Shown in pieces: positions 37,812 through 47,448 of a DNA stretch of 64,000 nt. Under the pieces are notes generated by a model. It had not been told where the DNA came from. It worked only from the letters and a program-made list of their open reading frames with translations, and made no database searches. This DNA is from an uncultured Acidimicrobiales bacterium (GTDB lineage: Bacteria > Actinomycetota > Acidimicrobiia > Acidimicrobiales > SHLQ01): positions 33,057 through 97,056 of the forward strand of contig CALJDK010000025.1 of assembly GCA_938023735.1 (NCBI GenBank). Reading direction: 5' to 3'. The translations under genes were made by a program, and so were the position numbers. Position 1 is the stretch's first letter. Every line of letters starts with the position of its first letter.

Positions 37812-38896
37812 AGGCTGCGGTACTCGAATCCCAACCCGGCGACCTGGTGGTCGCCGATATCTCTATCGACAAACCCGGCCCCGACGAGGTCGTCCTGCAG
37901 ACCGCTGCGTGTGGACTCTGCCACAGTGACCTCCACGCCATCGATGGCCACCTTCCCATCCCGGTTCCGGCCGTGCTCGGCCATGAGGCGGCAGGCATCG
38001 TGCAAGCCGTGGGTGCCGACGTGACCGAGCTGGCTTCGGGCGACCGTGTGGTCGCGTGTCTGTCGGCCTTTTGTGGCGCCTGCCGCGAGTGCACCGCCGG
38101 TCGCACCTGGCTCTGCGAAGTCCGTCATGGATTGAACCGCGGACCGGACGAGGCGAGCCGCCTGTCGCGCGATGGCGTCGGCCTCAATCAGCTGGCTGGT
38201 CTCGGAGGGTTCGCTGAAGAGCTGCTGGTGCACCGCAACTCGGTGGTGAAGGTTCCCGACGAGCTTCCTCTCGATCGCGGCGCGCTCTTGGGTTGTGCGG
38301 TCGTCACGGGCATCGGCTCGGTGTTCAACGGTGCCAAGGTTGCGCCCGGTTCGACCGTCGCTGTCATCGGTACGGGCGGTATCGGCCTCAACATCGTGCA
38401 GGGAGCGGTTTTGGCTGGCGCCGAACGAGTCATCGCGGTCGATCTTCATGCCGAGAAACTGGAGCTGGCCACCACCTTTGGGGCCACCGACGTCATCAAC
38501 GCCTCCGATGTCGACCCGGTCGAAGCGGTCATCGAGCTCACCAGCGGCGGGGTCGACTACTCCTTTGAGGCCATCGGCCTACCACAAACGGCAGGGCAGG
38601 CGTTTCAGATGATTCGACCGGGCCGCACTGCGTATCTTGTTGGGCTGCCTGCAGCGGGCGCCACCATCGAACTGCCCGGCACGCAGATGCTGATGCAGGC
38701 GCGTGGTCTGCAAGGGCTGTTCATGGGATCGAACCGGTTCAAGGAAGATATTCCGATGCTGGCCAACCTGTATCTGCAGGGTCGGTTGAAGCTTGATGAG
38801 CTTATCGCCGGCCGCATTGGACTGGCTGATGTGAACGACGGCTACCAACGGATGCGCGAGGGCACCGAAGCCCGATCGGTGGTCACATTCGAGTGA
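37808..38896 (+). CDS. zinc-dependent alcohol dehydrogenase (MDR family)
   Basis: CGLCHSDLH and GTGGIGL. ATGA overlap with the TetR stop. Confidence 0.9.
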   Translation: MKAAVLESQPGDLVVADISIDKPGPDEVVLQTAACGLCHSDLHAIDGHLPIPVPAVLGHEAAGIVQAVGADVTELASGDRVVACLSAFCGACRECTAGRTWLCEVRHGLNRGPDEASRLSRDGVGLNQLAGLGGFAEELLVHRNSVVKVPDELPLDRGALLGCAVVTGIGSVFNGAKVAPGSTVAVIGTGGIGLNIVQGAVLAGAERVIAVDLHAEKLELATTFGATDVINASDVDPVEAVIELTSGGVDYSFEAIGLPQTAGQAFQMIRPGRTAYLVGLPAAGATIELPGTQMLMQARGLQGLFMGSNRFKEDIPMLANLYLQGRLKLDELIAGRIGLADVNDGYQRMREGTEARSVVTFE

Positions 38897-40077
38897 GTGG
38901 GCGCGGCACGGAACTCGAAGACTTCGAGGCCACCGTTCGACAATTCTTCGAGAAGCTTCCTGCGGCGCTCGATGGGGTCGACGGCGACGTTGCCCGCGGC
39001 AAGCACTACCGGTCCTTGTTAGTGGCCGAGGGACTGGCCGGGGTCTCGTATCCGGTCGAGTTCGGCGGGCAGGGCCTGTCGGCTGAGCATCAGGCTGCGT
39101 ATGACCGAGCGTCGATCGAACTCCTCCCGCCGGAGGAGTCGGTGTTCGGCATCGGGCTTGGCATGGCGCTCCCAACCATTCTGGGCAATGGGTCCGACGA
39201 ACAGAAGCGACGTTTCATCCCTCCGGGCCTCGCGGGCGAAGAGATCTGGTGCCAGCTGTATTCCGAACCAGGTGCCGGATCGGACCTGGCCGGTCTCACG
39301 ACCCAGGCAGTCCGCGACGGTGACGAGTGGGTCATTACCGGTCAGAAAGTATGGACCTCGGGCGCGCAAGATAGCGACCTTGCGATTCTTCTGGCCCGCA
39401 CCGATCAAACGGCCGCAAAACATGCTGGCATCACCATGTTTGTGTTGCCCATGCATCAGCCCGGCGTCGAGGTTCGGCCGCTTGTGCAGATGACAGGCGC
39501 CCAGGAGTTCAACGAGGTGTTTCTCACCGAAGCTCGGGTTCCGGCCTCGTGGGTTCTGGGCGACATCAATCAGGGCTGGTCGTTGGCCGTGGCATTGCTT
39601 GCCCATGAGCGCAAGACCCTGGGGCGAGGCGTCACGACCTCGGATGAAGCGAAGTCAAAAGCTGGCCGAGCCCCGCTGCAGTACGACGGGTTGGTTACTC
39701 GTGCCCGTGACGCCGGGGCCATCGACGACCTCACGATTCGCCAAGAGCTTGCGGCCGTCCATACCGGCGAGCGGCTAATTCTCTGGAACGCCGAGCGTCA
39801 GCTTCACCCGTCGATCGGCAAACTCTGGCGCACCATTCAGGGACGTCGGGCGGCTCAGCTTGCCCATGTGCTGGGCGGGCCCGAGGCAGTCGCGTGGGAG
39901 CACGACGATGTCGAGGCCGACTACTGGGCCTATCACGTGCTCAACTGTCGAGGCATGTCGTTGGGCGGCGGCACCGACGAGGTGCAGAAGAACACGCTGG
40001 GCGAACGTGTGCTCGGACTTCCTCGAGGCCCGGGTATCGACCGGCGCACTCCATTCAACGAGCTACCAAGAAACTGA
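38893..40077 (+). CDS. acyl-CoA dehydrogenase
   Basis: YSEPGAGSDLAG, KVWTSGA and GGGTDEVQKN. GTGA overlap with the ADH stop. Confidence 0.9.
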   Translation: MSGRGTELEDFEATVRQFFEKLPAALDGVDGDVARGKHYRSLLVAEGLAGVSYPVEFGGQGLSAEHQAAYDRASIELLPPEESVFGIGLGMALPTILGNGSDEQKRRFIPPGLAGEEIWCQLYSEPGAGSDLAGLTTQAVRDGDEWVITGQKVWTSGAQDSDLAILLARTDQTAAKHAGITMFVLPMHQPGVEVRPLVQMTGAQEFNEVFLTEARVPASWVLGDINQGWSLAVALLAHERKTLGRGVTTSDEAKSKAGRAPLQYDGLVTRARDAGAIDDLTIRQELAAVHTGERLILWNAERQLHPSIGKLWRTIQGRRAAQLAHVLGGPEAVAWEHDDVEADYWAYHVLNCRGMSLGGGTDEVQKNTLGERVLGLPRGPGIDRRTPFNELPRN

Positions 40078-40089
40078 CAGGAACCGCTA

Positions 40090-40859
40090 TGGATAGCAGT
40101 GCCCCCAAAGACAGTCCCGCTACAAAGAATGTCGTGAACTACGAATCGATCGATGGTGTGGCGGTGCTCGAGTTCAATCGGCCCGAGCGACGTAACGCCT
40201 TGATTGCACCGATGTTCGACCAGCTTGCCGATCACCTCGACGCCGTGGCAGACGATGCCGCGATTGGCGCGGTGCTGTTGCGTGGTGCCGGAGGCGCGTT
40301 CTGTTCGGGCCTCGACCTCGATGCCTACACTGCCGACCCACCGCCCCACTGGATCCCCACGGCATCGACATCTCTTCGGCGGGCGCATGTGGCGTTGGCA
40401 AACTGCAAGCTGCCCATCGTGGTCGCGCTTGAGCGATACGCAATCAACGGCGGTGCAGCCTTTGCGTTGGCTGGCGATTTTCTCATCGCCGGCGACAGCG
40501 CTTGGCTTCAGGTCGGCGAAGTGAGGCAGGGCCTTCCAGCACCGATGAACGTCGCGTGGCTCACGGCGCGCTTTGCCCCGTCGACGGTAACGCGAGTGGT
40601 GTTGGCGGGCGACCGTATCGGCGCCGAAGAACTCCACCGACTCACCATCGCCCACGAGGTGGTAGCCGACGATGCCGTGGGTGCCCGAGCCATGGAGTTT
40701 GCGAGCCAGTTGGCGCAGAACCCGCCCGAGATCAGCCGCACGCTCAAGGCGGCCGCCTTTGCCATGGCTGGACTCGACGACGCCGAAGCATGGTTTGCCC
40801 GTACCGCAGAACTCGTGCCGATGGGCTCAGGGTTCTCGCCCGAACGACAACAGGAGTAG
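40090..40859 (+). CDS. enoyl-CoA hydratase/isomerase (crotonase) family protein
   Basis: ATG at 40090. VAVLEFNRPERRNAL and GAGGAFCSGLDL. Confidence 0.85.
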
Positions 40860-40862
40860 CTC

Positions 40863-41481
40863 GTGTCTTACGAAACGGAAAATGATGTCGAACTGACGCC
40901 GGTGATCGATTGGTCCACCGATTGGGATTCCCATGATCCGGCGTGGCGAAACAACCCGTTTCCCATCTGGGATGAACTTCGACAAACGTGCCCGGTGGCC
41001 CACACCGAGCGATACAACGAAGGTGTCTGGCTTCCCACCCGTTTCGACGACATCACCGCGATCGCCCACGACACCGCTCATCCCCAACGCGGTCGAGGAG
41101 TTCCTGCGGGCCTACGCCGCCGTGAGCCTGTACCGGAGCGTGACCGCACCGGCGACCATCGGCGGGGTGGAGATGTCGCCCGGCGACACCGTGATGATGG
41201 CGTTTCCTGCGGCATGTCGCGATCCTGAGATGTTCGAAAACCCCAACGAGGTCGACATCGAACGACAGAAGAACCGCCACGTGGCGTTCGGTGCCGGTAT
41301 TCATCGATGCCTGGGCTCCAACCTGGCCCGGCTTGAACTCAACGTGGCCATCGAAACCTGGCTCGAGCTGATCCCTGATTTCGAACTACTCCCCGATGCC
41401 GAGGTGACCTGGTCGGGCGGCGGTATACGCGGTCCACGCCAGGTCCCGGTCCGAATTCCAGAAACGACAAACACACCATGA
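40863..41481 (+). pseudogene. cytochrome P450 remnant with a large internal deletion and frameshift
   Basis: Frame 1 encodes a P450 N-terminus (NPFPIWDELRQTCPVAH...WLPTRFDDITAIAHDTAH). From about 41080 the +1 frame continues at the ExxR region (AVEEFLRAY) through FGAGIHRCLG to the stop. Only about 206 codons remain, compared with about 400 expected. Confidence 0.75.
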
Positions 41482-42992
41482 CCGACCAGCTCCAGGTCGA
41501 GCGTCTGCTCGACGTCGCCAACCCCCACGAACCGGCCATCATCTCGCCCGAGCGAACTCTTACGTGGGAACAGCTCGAGGTTCGGTCGATACAGCTCGCC
41601 AACGCGCTCGAATCGAGTGGCGTGAAGGCCGGTGAAGCCTGGGGCGTGTTGGCGCACAACCGCGCCGAGTGGGCCGAGTTCTCCATGGGCAACAGCCGCG
41701 CCGGTACCCGCATCGTTTTTCTGAACTGGCATCTCACGGCCCGGGAACTGTCCGAGCTCATCATCGACTCGGGCGCAAAGGTGCTGGTGGTCGACCCCGG
41801 GCTCCGCCAACTCGCCGACGATGCGATCTCCTTGGCTGGCGATGTTTCTACCGTCGAACTTGGACCCGAGTACGAGGGATGGCTTGCCGACGCCCCCGCC
41901 ACTCCCCCGTCGGAACGTCAGGCTGGAGCACCGCTGCTGTTCACCGGTGGCACCACTGGCCGATCGAAGGGCGTCACTCGGTCGGACCACAAGGGAAACG
42001 CGAGCGACTGGGCCAAGATCTGGTCGCCGTGGGCCAATGCGGTTTCGTTCCCGCACGAGGGTGCAACCCTTGCCTCGACGCCGCTCTACCACGCCCTTGG
42101 CATGGCCGGCTTGGTGGCATCGATGTCGCGCCACGTTCCCGTTGTGGTCATGACCAAGTTCGTTCCCGAGGAAGTTCTGGAACTCATCGAACGCCATCGC
42201 ATCACCGCGGCCCCGATGGTGCCCACGCAGTTCATCCGGCTGCTGAAACTCGACGACCACACCAAGGAGCGCTACGACCTGTCGTCACTGCAGTGGGTGT
42301 TGCACACGGCGGCGCCGTGCCCGGCCTGGGCCAAACGGGCAATGATCGAGTGGTTCGGCCCGGTCATCGTCGAACTGTATGGCTCGTCGGAAGGCACCGG
42401 TCCGGCCATTTGCACGAGCGAAGAATGGTTGACGCACCCGGGAACCGTGGGCCGCTCGGTTGGTGTGACCACCTACACCATCGTCGACGACGACGGAAAC
42501 GATCTTCCCAATGGCGAAGTCGGCACCATCTACTGCAAGCGGGCCCAGGGTGCGCCCGAATACTTTGGTGACCCGGAGAAGACTGCCTCGATCCAACTCC
42601 CCGATGGCCGGTTCACGGTAGGCGACCTCGGCTGGCTCGACGACGACGGATTCCTGTACCTGGCCGATCGCCGAGTCGACCTCATCATCACCGGCGGGTC
42701 CAACGTATACCCGGCCGAAATCGAGGCCGTGCTGAGCCAGTTTCCGAGTGTGCTTGACGTTGCCGTCTTCGGTATTCCCGACCCCGAATTCGGCCAACAG
42801 ATCAAGGCCGTTATCGAGGTCGACACGCGTGATGAGGGTGATGAGCTCGATGTCGATGCACTCCGTGAATTCGCTTCGGCACAGCTGGCGTCGTTCAAGA
42901 TGCCCAAGTCATTCGATGTGGTCGACGAGCTACCCCGCGAGGCGCACGGCAAACTCAAAAAGCGACTGCTGCGCGATCCATACTGGGAGTAG
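41478..42992 (+). CDS. acyl-CoA synthetase / AMP-dependent ligase
   Basis: LFTGGTTGRSKGV, YGSSEG, TGDLG-like VGDLGWLDDDGFLY and a C-terminal HGKLKKR. Confidence 0.9.
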   Translation: MTDQLQVERLLDVANPHEPAIISPERTLTWEQLEVRSIQLANALESSGVKAGEAWGVLAHNRAEWAEFSMGNSRAGTRIVFLNWHLTARELSELIIDSGAKVLVVDPGLRQLADDAISLAGDVSTVELGPEYEGWLADAPATPPSERQAGAPLLFTGGTTGRSKGVTRSDHKGNASDWAKIWSPWANAVSFPHEGATLASTPLYHALGMAGLVASMSRHVPVVVMTKFVPEEVLELIERHRITAAPMVPTQFIRLLKLDDHTKERYDLSSLQWVLHTAAPCPAWAKRAMIEWFGPVIVELYGSSEGTGPAICTSEEWLTHPGTVGRSVGVTTYTIVDDDGNDLPNGEVGTIYCKRAQGAPEYFGDPEKTASIQLPDGRFTVGDLGWLDDDGFLYLADRRVDLIITGGSNVYPAEIEAVLSQFPSVLDVAVFGIPDPEFGQQIKAVIEVDTRDEGDELDVDALREFASAQLASFKMPKSFDVVDELPREAHGKLKKRLLRDPYWE

Positions 42993-43095
42993 ACGAGGCC
43001 ACGCCAGGAAGTCGCCGTCTCGTTACGCACCCCCGTAGCCTTGCGATCGGCGATACCGTTGAAGGACAAGCACTTGAGATCAAGGAGTATCTGCG

Positions 43096-43497
43096 ATGGC
43101 CGAGAAGACTTTCACCGATGAGGAGCTGCGCGAGCGCCTCACGGCAGCCCAGTATCAGGTAACCCAGCAGGCCGGCACCGAACGGGCCTTCACCGGCGAA
43201 TACTGGGATTGCAAAGACGACGGCACGTATCATTGCATCGTGTGCGACGCGGCGTTGTTTGCCAGCGACACCAAGTACGAGTCGGGATCGGGTTGGCCGA
43301 GCTTCTACAAGGCAATGGACGGCGCCAACGTCGATCGAATAGTCGACAAAAGCCACGGCATGGTCCGCACCGAGGCCGTATGTGGCTCGTGTGGCGCCCA
43401 CCTCGGTCACGTGTTTCCTGATGGCCCCGAGCCCAGCGGCGAGCGTTTCTGCATGAACTCGGCGTCACTTCGACTCGACCGAGCTGACGAGAGCTAG
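43096..43497 (+). CDS. msrB: peptide-methionine (R)-S-oxide reductase
   Basis: CIVCDAALF...GWPSF...CGSCGAHLGHVF...RFCMNS. Confidence 0.93.
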   Translation: MAEKTFTDEELRERLTAAQYQVTQQAGTERAFTGEYWDCKDDGTYHCIVCDAALFASDTKYESGSGWPSFYKAMDGANVDRIVDKSHGMVRTEAVCGSCGAHLGHVFPDGPEPSGERFCMNSASLRLDRADES

Positions 43498-45290
43498 CTT
43501 CGGCCTTCCAACGCCGAAAGCAGCGCCTCACAACGGAGCCGGTCGTCGTCGGTCTCGCCTTCGGGCGAGAACTGCACTCGGTTCATGATGTCACCAAGTT
43601 CCAACAACTCAGCGCGCCCACTTCTCGTCCCGAGAATTTCGGCGTAGCGTCCCACGCCTTCGCCCGGCCGTCGCGGCCGACCCGCGTCGGCTCCGAGTCG
43701 ATCCAGACGTTCACTGGCCCGCTGCTCCCAGCTCTTTGACCGGTGGCGAATGATCTGAAGCCCCATCGCGCCGACTGCCACCAATACACCGGCAAACACC
43801 AACGAAGCGACCACGCTCACCAACGAGACGATGGGTTGTTCGTCGACAACCGGATCGGGTCGCGGCCCCGAAAGCGGCACCTCTGCGGTCGGATCGAACC
43901 CTTGCCATCCAACTCCCGGAAAGTAGATTTCGGTCCACGAGTGAGCGTCTCGGCCCCGCACCGTCCACGTGCCCCGAAACCGATCAAACTCATTCGGCAC
44001 ATAGCCCACCGCCAAGCGAGCGGGAATTCCGAGCGACCGGGCCATCACGGCCAGTGCGCTGCCGATCTGTTCGCAGAATCCGACCTTGTCGACAAAGAGG
44101 AGATGTTCGACCGCGTCGGCCCCGGGCGGCAGCGTTGGGATGTTGGTGTCGTAGACGATGTTGCGACCCATCCACTCCTCGAGCGCCCGGATCTTGTCGT
44201 ACGCGGTCGGGGCGCCAGCGGTAATCCGTAACGCGAGGTCGCGCACCTTTGGCGTGGCCTCAACCGACGCGTTCTCGGCCCCATCCTGTCCAGGAAGATA
44301 TTGGTCGATGATTGCATCCGGAAGCGTCCGGGTAAGCGGATCGGCGTCTCGCAGCAACTCGGGGGTGACAAACGGCCGCTCGCTGACGACGGTGTATTGA
44401 GATCCGCCAGCAAGGTCGATCGGCGCTCGAATCGAGTCGTCACCGAACTGCACGAAACGGTCGACGGGATGATCGATCGACACGATGTCGGGCGCACCAA
44501 ACACCACGTCGGATCCGTCTTGTTCAAGGGTGAATGTCTGGGTGATGACCTCGCCCACCACGCCGCCTCGGGCACCAACCGACGTGATGCCATCCGCGCT
44601 GGCAGAAAGCGAGCGGGCAACGACGCTAGAACGTTCCGAACGACGCCATACTCGACCGTCCCATGTGTCGAACGACTGACCACGCCAGAACGACGGTGCG
44701 TCGGCCTGCACCCGCATCACCACCTCGTCACCAAGGTCACCTCGGGCCGCGGTGTCCATTTGATCAGTGAAACCCCAGTACGGCTGGGCACCATCGCCTT
44801 GCCCACCAAAGAGAGAACCCGACTGGGCCGACGGGGTGCCAAAGAACGCCATCGTCGGCGCAAGAACGACGGCGATAAGGGCCACCATCGCACCGGCTTG
44901 CAGCAGATCCCGACCGACCAATTTTGCTGGCGGAGCAACGCTCGAGGCCGACGTTCGATGGGTCGACAGCACGATATGGGTGTGCCGAATCGCAAGGAGC
45001 GCCAGCACGAACAAAACGATGCCGGGCTTCAGCGGAATTCCGGCCTCGCCTCGCACGGGCGAAAGAATGATGGCGAAGATCCAACCCGGTAGCCCGATAC
45101 CGCTCGCCGAGGAGAACACGGAATGAAGGCCAGCGCTGAGCACTACAACAATCGCCGACACCACCAGCAGCAGCGGGATCGGTGACGGAAGGAACTGGGC
45201 CGCCCATAGAAAGGTGCCACCGATGAAGAGTTTCGGAAGCAGGGCGATCTTGAGTTCCTCAGCTCGCCATGCGCGACGCTTACGGGTCAT
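43494..45290 (-). CDS. transglutaminase-domain membrane protein (TgpA-like)
   Basis: N-terminal TM segments, catalytic core GFCEQIGSALAVMARSLGIPARLAVGY...DAHSWTEIYFPGVGWQGFDPT. Confidence 0.85.
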   Translation of the reverse strand: MTRKRRAWRAEELKIALLPKLFIGGTFLWAAQFLPSPIPLLLVVSAIVVVLSAGLHSVFSSASGIGLPGWIFAIILSPVRGEAGIPLKPGIVLFVLALLAIRHTHIVLSTHRTSASSVAPPAKLVGRDLLQAGAMVALIAVVLAPTMAFFGTPSAQSGSLFGGQGDGAQPYWGFTDQMDTAARGDLGDEVVMRVQADAPSFWRGQSFDTWDGRVWRRSERSSVVARSLSASADGITSVGARGGVVGEVITQTFTLEQDGSDVVFGAPDIVSIDHPVDRFVQFGDDSIRAPIDLAGGSQYTVVSERPFVTPELLRDADPLTRTLPDAIIDQYLPGQDGAENASVEATPKVRDLALRITAGAPTAYDKIRALEEWMGRNIVYDTNIPTLPPGADAVEHLLFVDKVGFCEQIGSALAVMARSLGIPARLAVGYVPNEFDRFRGTWTVRGRDAHSWTEIYFPGVGWQGFDPTAEVPLSGPRPDPVVDEQPIVSLVSVVASLVFAGVLVAVGAMGLQIIRHRSKSWEQRASERLDRLGADAGRPRRPGEGVGRYAEILGTRSGRAELLELGDIMNRVQFSPEGETDDDRLRCEALLSALEGRS

Positions 45291-46411
45291 GTCGAAACGT
45301 CTCCCCCGACCACATGATCCCCGCCGGGGCCCACGAAAAACACGGCTGGTCCCGATCGTTCGAGGAGTTCAGGGCGGCGGCGCAGGTCTTCGCCCGCTCG
45401 GACGGCTGCGAGTCGGGCGATTACCTCGGTCTCGTTACGCACCGGAGCGTCGCGGACCACGACAGGACCACTTGGCGGGACCGGCTTGTTCGCCCCGAAT
45501 CGCGGGGGCGAACTGGCTCCGCTCGGGGCGGCTTGCTGTTCGTTGGTGATGAGCCGCACGGTCCGCCCCTGCCGAAGAGCGTCGATGGCGTAGCCTGCGG
45601 CGCGGCCGATGGCTTGCTCGCTCAGCGCGTCAGGCTCGTTCACCAGCCGTTTACGGGTGCGTGCCGATGCGGAGGGTGTCTTGGCTACCTGCACGGCCAA
45701 CACGACTTCCTGGTCGACGGTGCCTTCGAGTTCGCGGACCATCAGCTCGCCCGACCGGGCCGATGCCTTCCACGCAACCAGCGACTGGGCATCACCGCGA
45801 CGGTACGGGCGAACCGAACGGGTTAGATCGGAGCCCCGGCTCACCACGTGGCATTCGGTAGCCTCCTCGTCCGACGGCAGCTCTGGCAGTGCGGCGACCG
45901 ACGATGGCAACGGCCCCACCGCCACACCCCCTAACGGCACTACGTGGAATCGACGACGACACGACACGATGCCGAGCGGGCCGACCACTACCATCTCGCC
46001 TGGCAAAACGAGGTGGGTTGAGCGACGATCGAAGTACACGATGAGCGATGTTCTTTGGCCGACTCGTGCCGAGTTGTCCGACGTGCCCGAAACCGCAGAA
46101 TTTAGCTTCACCACCGCTCCCACGGGCGACGCGTCGGTGATCTCGATCCGACACGGCTCGTCCACGACAGAGACGTGCGGAGCACTAACCCGAAGCTGGG
46201 GGTTTCGTAAGCTCAGGTACGCAACCGTTGCGTCCAGAACGGCTGCCAGCCAGCCCGCGACAATGATGCCGAGCAACATCACGAAGCCGGTGGTGTTCCA
46301 GAGCCGGTAGAGCGGCAGTGTGAGAATTGCGAGCGAGGTGACGAGACTCGACGCTGGCATGAGGAGTCGCCCACTCCAAACGGTGGAGGACCGGGCCTGT
46401 TCAGCGGGCAC
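45287..46411 (-). CDS. DUF58 domain protein
   Basis: VRPYRRGDAQSLVAWKASARSGELMVRELE is the typical DUF58 core. It sits between MoxR and the transglutaminase gene. Confidence 0.8.
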   Translation of the reverse strand: MPAEQARSSTVWSGRLLMPASSLVTSLAILTLPLYRLWNTTGFVMLLGIIVAGWLAAVLDATVAYLSLRNPQLRVSAPHVSVVDEPCRIEITDASPVGAVVKLNSAVSGTSDNSARVGQRTSLIVYFDRRSTHLVLPGEMVVVGPLGIVSCRRRFHVVPLGGVAVGPLPSSVAALPELPSDEEATECHVVSRGSDLTRSVRPYRRGDAQSLVAWKASARSGELMVRELEGTVDQEVVLAVQVAKTPSASARTRKRLVNEPDALSEQAIGRAAGYAIDALRQGRTVRLITNEQQAAPSGASSPPRFGANKPVPPSGPVVVRDAPVRNETEVIARLAAVRAGEDLRRRPELLERSGPAVFFVGPGGDHVVGGDVST

Positions 46412-46423
46412 TGCGAAATTCGC

Positions 46424-47383
46424 TCAGTTGCCGGGTGCCGGGGCGGCAACCGAGCCGACGATCTCGCGAACCCATGCCGCAGCTACCGGGAGTGCCTCGT
46501 GTGGTCGGGCCCGATGGGCAAGCACAAACGGAGCGACATCGGCGATGTCTTCGGGAACCACATAGGTCCGTTCACGGAGCGCCGCCATCGAACGCGCCAC
46601 AGCCAGCAGCGACTGGGTTGCCCGAGTGCTGAGCACTTGATTGCCCTGCCCGGTGCCCCGAACCGCGCCGATCACATCGAGCACGTACTCGAGCACCGGT
46701 TCAGCCACGTGAAACGAGCCGATCGAGGCGCGCAGAGCTGCGAAGTTGTCGGCGTCGAGCAGCGGTTGCAGGTGGTCGGCGGCGTTCCGGCCACCGGTCC
46801 CCTGCAGCAGGCTTCGTTCGACATCTCGGCTCGGCAATCCGAGGGATACAGCCACATCAAAGCGATCTCGCTGGCCTTCGACAAGCGGGAACGTGCCGGC
46901 GTGATCCATCGGGTTCTGGGTGGCCACGACAAAGAACGGCTCGGGTAGTCGGTAGGTTCGTCCGTCGACACTTGTCTGACGCTCGGCCATGCCCTCGAGC
47001 AGCGCCGATTGGGCGCGGGGCGTCGACCGGTTGAGTTCGTCGAATAGCAGGACGTTGGTGAAGATGGGCCCGTGGTGAAACTCCCACGTGCCTTTCTCGG
47101 TGTTGAAGGTGTTGACGCCGACGATGTCTGACGGCAGCAGGTCGGGTGATCCCTGCAGTCGGGTGAAGCGTCCGCTCATCAACCTGCTCAATGCCGTTGC
47201 CAGCACGGTCTTGCCGACGCCAGGTTCGTCCTCGAGCATGAGGTGCGAGCCCGAAAGCAGTGCCGCCACAGCAAGCTCCACCTGGCGACGTTTCCCTAAC
47301 AGCACCGTTTCGACCGCATCGACCAACGCCCGTGGCGCTGGCGCGGTGGAAGGAGTCGAGCCCCGCTCGTCGGTCAAAGTCAT
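46424..47383 (-). CDS. MoxR-family AAA+ ATPase
   Basis: HLMLEDEPGVGKT, LLFDELNR and VVATQNP. Confidence 0.9.
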   Translation of the reverse strand: MTLTDERGSTPSTAPAPRALVDAVETVLLGKRRQVELAVAALLSGSHLMLEDEPGVGKTVLATALSRLMSGRFTRLQGSPDLLPSDIVGVNTFNTEKGTWEFHHGPIFTNVLLFDELNRSTPRAQSALLEGMAERQTSVDGRTYRLPEPFFVVATQNPMDHAGTFPLVEGQRDRFDVAVSLGLPSRDVERSLLQGTGGRNAADHLQPLLDADNFAALRASIGSFHVAEPVLEYVLDVIGAVRGTGQGNQVLSTRATQSLLAVARSMAALRERTYVVPEDIADVAPFVLAHRARPHEALPVAAAWVREIVGSVAAPAPGN

Positions 47384-47448
47384 ACCAAGGTATCGACCAA
47401 AACGACCCCGTTTCTTAAGACGGTTTCCCGCCCGGTTTCGTGTTTGGG

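Noticed and set aside
37286-38449. Long antisense or out-of-frame ORFs in the track. Examples: 13..747, 9537..10574, 21850..22962, 28137..29429, 37286..38449, 41301..42260, 47440..48660, 51278..52381, 51693..53609 and 59418..60428.
   Set aside because: Each overlaps a gene with clear family motifs on the other strand or frame, and their products are Arg/Gly/His-rich low-complexity sequence. This is a typical high-GC artefact.
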